DNA of 64,000 nt, from the NCBI GenBank assembly GCA_003971905.1, contig RSEE01000090.1:1-64000 (forward strand). Reading direction: 5' to 3'. Every line of letters begins with the position of its first letter. Position 1 is the first letter of the stretch. The position numbers were made by a program, and so were the translations under genes. The notes under the pieces are model-generated. The model worked only from the letters and a program-made list of their open reading frames with translations. It searched no databases and was not told where the DNA came from. The DNA comes from Moniliella sp. 'wahieum' (Eukaryota). Shown in pieces: positions 60,186 through 64,000 of this stretch.

Positions 60186-63100
60186 ATGCCCGCCTCCCCC
60201 CCTTCGCCCCGGCCTTCGCCCCGGCCTTCTCCCCCGCCCCCGTCTCCACGCCCCCCCCCCTCCCTCCCCCCCACCCACACCCCCCCGCCACACAGAGCAC
60301 GACGACGGCCTGGACCCCTTCATCACCACCCCCGCACCCCGCCCACCCCCACGCCCACGCCCACGCCCACGCCCACGCCCACGCCCACGCCCCGCCCCCT
60401 GCCCTACGATGTCGATCCCTTCTCGGGCGCCGTGCCCGACTACCAGTCCCTCGACGACCCCCGGCCCAGGCGCCCACCCAGACCCTCGTCCAGGTCCTCG
60501 CCATGGTCGGCTCCACCCTCCTCACTGCCGACCGCAACGGCCTGCTGCCGCTCCCGCCTCCCTCTCCCGCTCTCCGCCCCCTTCGCCCCCTTCGCCCCCT
60601 TCGCCCCCTTCGCCCCCCTCCCCCCTCGCCGCGCTCCCTGCCCCCCCCGCCTCAGCCCCGCTGCCCCCCTGCCCCCTGTCCCGCTGCTCCTAGCCTGTCC
60701 CCCGCACCATCCATCTCCCCCCCGCGCGCCGTCCCCGACCTCGATCCAGAGCAGGAGCCAGACCTCGACGAAGCCCAGAGAAGGAGGTCCTCGATGCACT
60801 CGCTTATCTCCCGCCGAGCCGGCCACCAACCCATCCGCTTGGCCCCAAACGCCACACCGGCGACTCGGTATGTCTGCCCCCCCCCGTCCCATTTTGCACT
60901 GTTGGCGTGATCCCTGGATGGACTGGACTGACTCACTTCCCGCTTGATGCTTCCCGCTTCCCGCTTCCGCCTCCTTAGGTTCACCGACCTTGTTTCCCGT
61001 TTGAGCTCGTCCCAGCTCAGTGATCTTCCCACCAGCAGCATGTCCATCGGCAGCGGTACCACGCTCGAGCCCAAGATCGCCCTCGAACCAGCACGGGAAG
61101 AGTCCCAACTGCTGCCTAGGACCGAGCCCTCGTCGCCGCCCCTGCCTCCCCTGCCTCCCCTGCTTCCCCTGCCTCCCCCTGCGCCGGCGGCTGCCTCGTC
61201 GCTGTCGGAGGATGTGCGTGGCGGGACAACAGAGGACGTGCTATCGTCCAGTGGCGACGTACAAGACAGTGCGCAACCTTTGCGCGACAAGTTGGCCCAA
61301 AAGGTCCGCCGCGTCTTCAACTTGCCCGCGTCGGAACAACTACAGTCGTACCATGGTTGCTGGATGTACCGCGCCACGCTGTTCCTCAAAGGGTACGCCT
61401 ACCTCACCTCTTCCTACCTCTGCTTCTACGCGCCATTACCCAAGACCCCTGTCCTCGCCACCGGCGCCTCGGCAACACAACCGGCGCCATTGCAGATACC
61501 GCCCAACCCGCCACGCTGGCTCGTTGCTCAACGCACCCGTCACACTCATCGCTGGACCCGGCATTGGGTTGTGCTGCATGACACTCCTTGGCCTGGTTCG
61601 AGTCGGCCCAGGACCCTTACTTTCCACAAAACCATCTCGACCTCCGCCTCGTCAGCTACGTTGGCCCCGTCACACCCACATCCCGCAGCAGCCAGCCACC
61701 ACCGAACAAACCACCAGGTCCGAGCCAGAGCCGAGCCAAGGCCAGAGCCAGAGCCAGAGCCAGGGCCAGAGCCAGGGCCAGAGCCAGAGCCAACCGCCGG
61801 CCCCGAAACCAGCGAGTTCATTATCGATGTCCCGGTCGCACCCTACTTGTTTTGTGCCCCAGCCCCGTTTCGCGCGATGCCTGGGTCGACGCGCCTTAAC
61901 CAAAGCCGTCTTCCGTGCCAAGACGGGCGAGAGCGTGCGGATCACCCATACCGCTCGAAACGATTTTGGATGTCGAGGCCAACACGCTCCTCCCGGGAAC
62001 GGAGACGGTGGTGCCAGTGCCCCCTCGTGGTCCCCGTGCTCGCTCCACCACCTCTCCCCTCGACATGGGCTTATCTGACGTACTAGCATTCAAGTGGCCG
62101 AAGCGAGAATGAGTATGCGCTGGACGAGTTTTACTTTCTCCATTTTGCTCCCAACGTGACCACCTTGTCGATCGGCTGCTCCAGGCACTTGACGAGTATG
62201 CCCAGCCACCCAAGCCTGCGCCGGTGCCGTTGCCGTTGCCGTTGGGCTTGGTGGAGCAGGAAGAGGTCAGCTCCGACCCAGCTCACGTGTCGGATCCCCT
62301 CCTGCTCCCCGGCACTCAGCCCATCAACATCCCCCGCGCAGTCGCCGCTGCTACCTCGGAACCTCTTGACGGAAGTGGCGGTAGCCACCTATCCTACTCG
62401 GTCACCCCTCGCCAGTCTACCATCTTCCGCCCACCTCCTTCCCTCCTATCGGCACCTTCCAGCCCATGGGGCGCTGGAACCCCACCCGCGGGCATGGGCA
62501 CGGCCACAGGCACGACCACGACCACGGGCAGCAGCATGGCCAGCACCCAATGGTCCACCGCGGGCAAAGTGTCCCGCTGGGTCTCTCGTTCTTCCTCCAG
62601 CGCCAAGCGGTTGCTCCGCCGTGCCCCCTCGGCGGCCCAGGCAGCGATGCAGGGCCCACGCACTCGCTTGAGCGCCTTGGTCCTCGGCACCTTATCCGAA
62701 ACCGAACGGCAAGCACGCAAGGTGCACGAAGTGTGGGACCACCCGGGCCCGTGGGCTGCGCCTCACCTGTCTCTCCCCTCCGACCAGATCGGCCCGGCGT
62801 TAGCTTCGCTCCAGGGGGGGGAAGGTACACAGCAGGACCTGTCTGATGCATGGTCCGATTCGTCAAGCGAAATGTACTCCGTCATGAGCCCGCCAGCTCC
62901 CGGTCAAGCCCACGACCCCGTCCCGGCCGACAAGGCCGATGCGTTCCGTCGCGCTTTCCCCTTTGCAAGGAAAGAGTCCATCCAATTGACCGTACGGTGC
63001 TACCTCTACCGCGTCATTCCTACCCGTGGCCGACTGTGGATCACCAATCGTCACCTCTGTTTCCAGTCTTCGGCCCTCGCCACGTCCACCCTCGGACGTA

Positions 63101-64000
63101 CCTTGATGCAGTTGCCCCTGGCTGACGTGATCAGCGTTACCCGCCACCACGCCTTGCAGCCCAACACCCACGGCCTCATCGTCGTCGTCCGCGGTCACGA
63201 AGAGATCTTCCTCGAGTTTGCCACCGTCGGCGCGCGCGAAGCCGCCGTACAGACCATCCAACCGTTGTTGGAGGCCGTGCAGGACGAGCAACTGGCCGCG
63301 GTGCAAGCCCAAACCCAAGCTCAAGCTCAAACCCAAGCGCGGAAAGGAGGACGCGGTGATACGGATGCCTCTTCCACCACGACGGGGGAGACGTTGCAAC
63401 TGGATGCTTTGACTGCCGAATTCGCCGCTGCCACCCAACCGGAATACGAATCGTCGTCGCTCGCCAACTCTCGCGTGTCCCTCGCTGCTTCCGAGGCAGA
63501 CCCTTCGGCGCGATCGGGATCGGGATCGGGCTCAGGATCCGGATCCCGCTCCAACTCCCGCTCCCACTCCCGTTCGGGATCGGGATCGGGATCGGGACTC
63601 GACTCGGCTGCCAGCAGCGGTATGCTCAGTGGCATCTCCTTTCACTCCTCGGCCATGCTCCAGTTTCAACCTCCGGTGCCGCTGCACTTTACCCTGCTCA
63701 CCATTGGCTCGCGCGGCGACGTGCAGCCGTACATTTCGCTGGCCAAGGCGTTGCAGCAGGACGGACACCAGGTCCGGATCGCTACCCATGCCGAGTTTGG
63801 ACCCTGGATCGAAAGCTTGGACATTGGCTTTTATGCCGTCGGTGGCGACCCGGCCGAACTGATGCGCGTCTGCGTCGATAACGGGACTTTTTCCCTTGGC
63901 TTTTTGCGCGAAGGCGTCACCAAGTTCCGCGGATGGCTCGACGACCTCCTCGTCTCGGCTTGGCAAGCTTGCCAAGGTACCGACGTGATCATCGAGGCTC
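60186..64000 (+). CDS. ATG26: Sterol 3-beta-glucosyltransferase (GRAM-PH-GRAM-GT28), runs off the window; intron 60868-60978
   Basis: LAQKVRRVFNLP...YHGCWMYR...LKGYAYLT..YLCFYA (GRAM), PH segment WFESAQDPYFP, a second GRAM at about 62940-63240, and LHFTLLTIGSRGDVQPYISLAKAL..DGHQVRIATH.EF...VGGDPAELM (GT28 N-terminus). Confidence 0.95.

Noticed and set aside
2153..64000. Mass pseudogenisation or programmed frameshifting suggested by frameshifts in nearly every gene
   Set aside because: The breaks look like isolated 1-nt indels, several at homopolymers, and also hit RPS25 while conserved motifs stay intact. Sequencing or consensus error is the simpler explanation.

Overview
GC-rich eukaryotic DNA, most likely a basidiomycete fungus, judged from short GT-AG introns with CTRAC/CTAAY branch sites and from the gene families present. 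Nearly every gene has isolated 1-nt frameshifts, several at homopolymers. I read these as unpolished long-read errors, so CDS limits are approximate. Contents in order: forkhead transcription factor; an intact-looking, young Ty1/Copia LTR retrotransposon (8455-13500, TSD ACATC); Nrg1-like C2H2 factor; PEX11-like protein; an aberrant tRNA-like gene; ABCC/MRP transporter; tRNA-Ala(AGC); DUF3074 protein; a single-pass membrane protein; RPS25; a mitochondrial membrane protein; an MP88-like GPI mannoprotein; an INO80-subunit-like coiled-coil protein; DHHC palmitoyltransferase; MFS sugar porter; long-chain acyl-CoA synthetase; NUDT19-like Nudix hydrolase; BRCT protein; and the 5' part of sterol glucosyltransferase ATG26. 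Four observations stand out. (1) The non-coding DNA follows a 7-nt grammar: hexamer palindromes A-NNNN-T spaced by one base, with different palindromes held in register within one array. (2) Copia gag and pol are separated by a single in-frame amber stop, suggesting readthrough recoding. (3) The Copia primer-binding site is non-canonical and fits a half-tRNA-Tyr register. (4) The element has inserted 3 nt upstream of a host splice donor.
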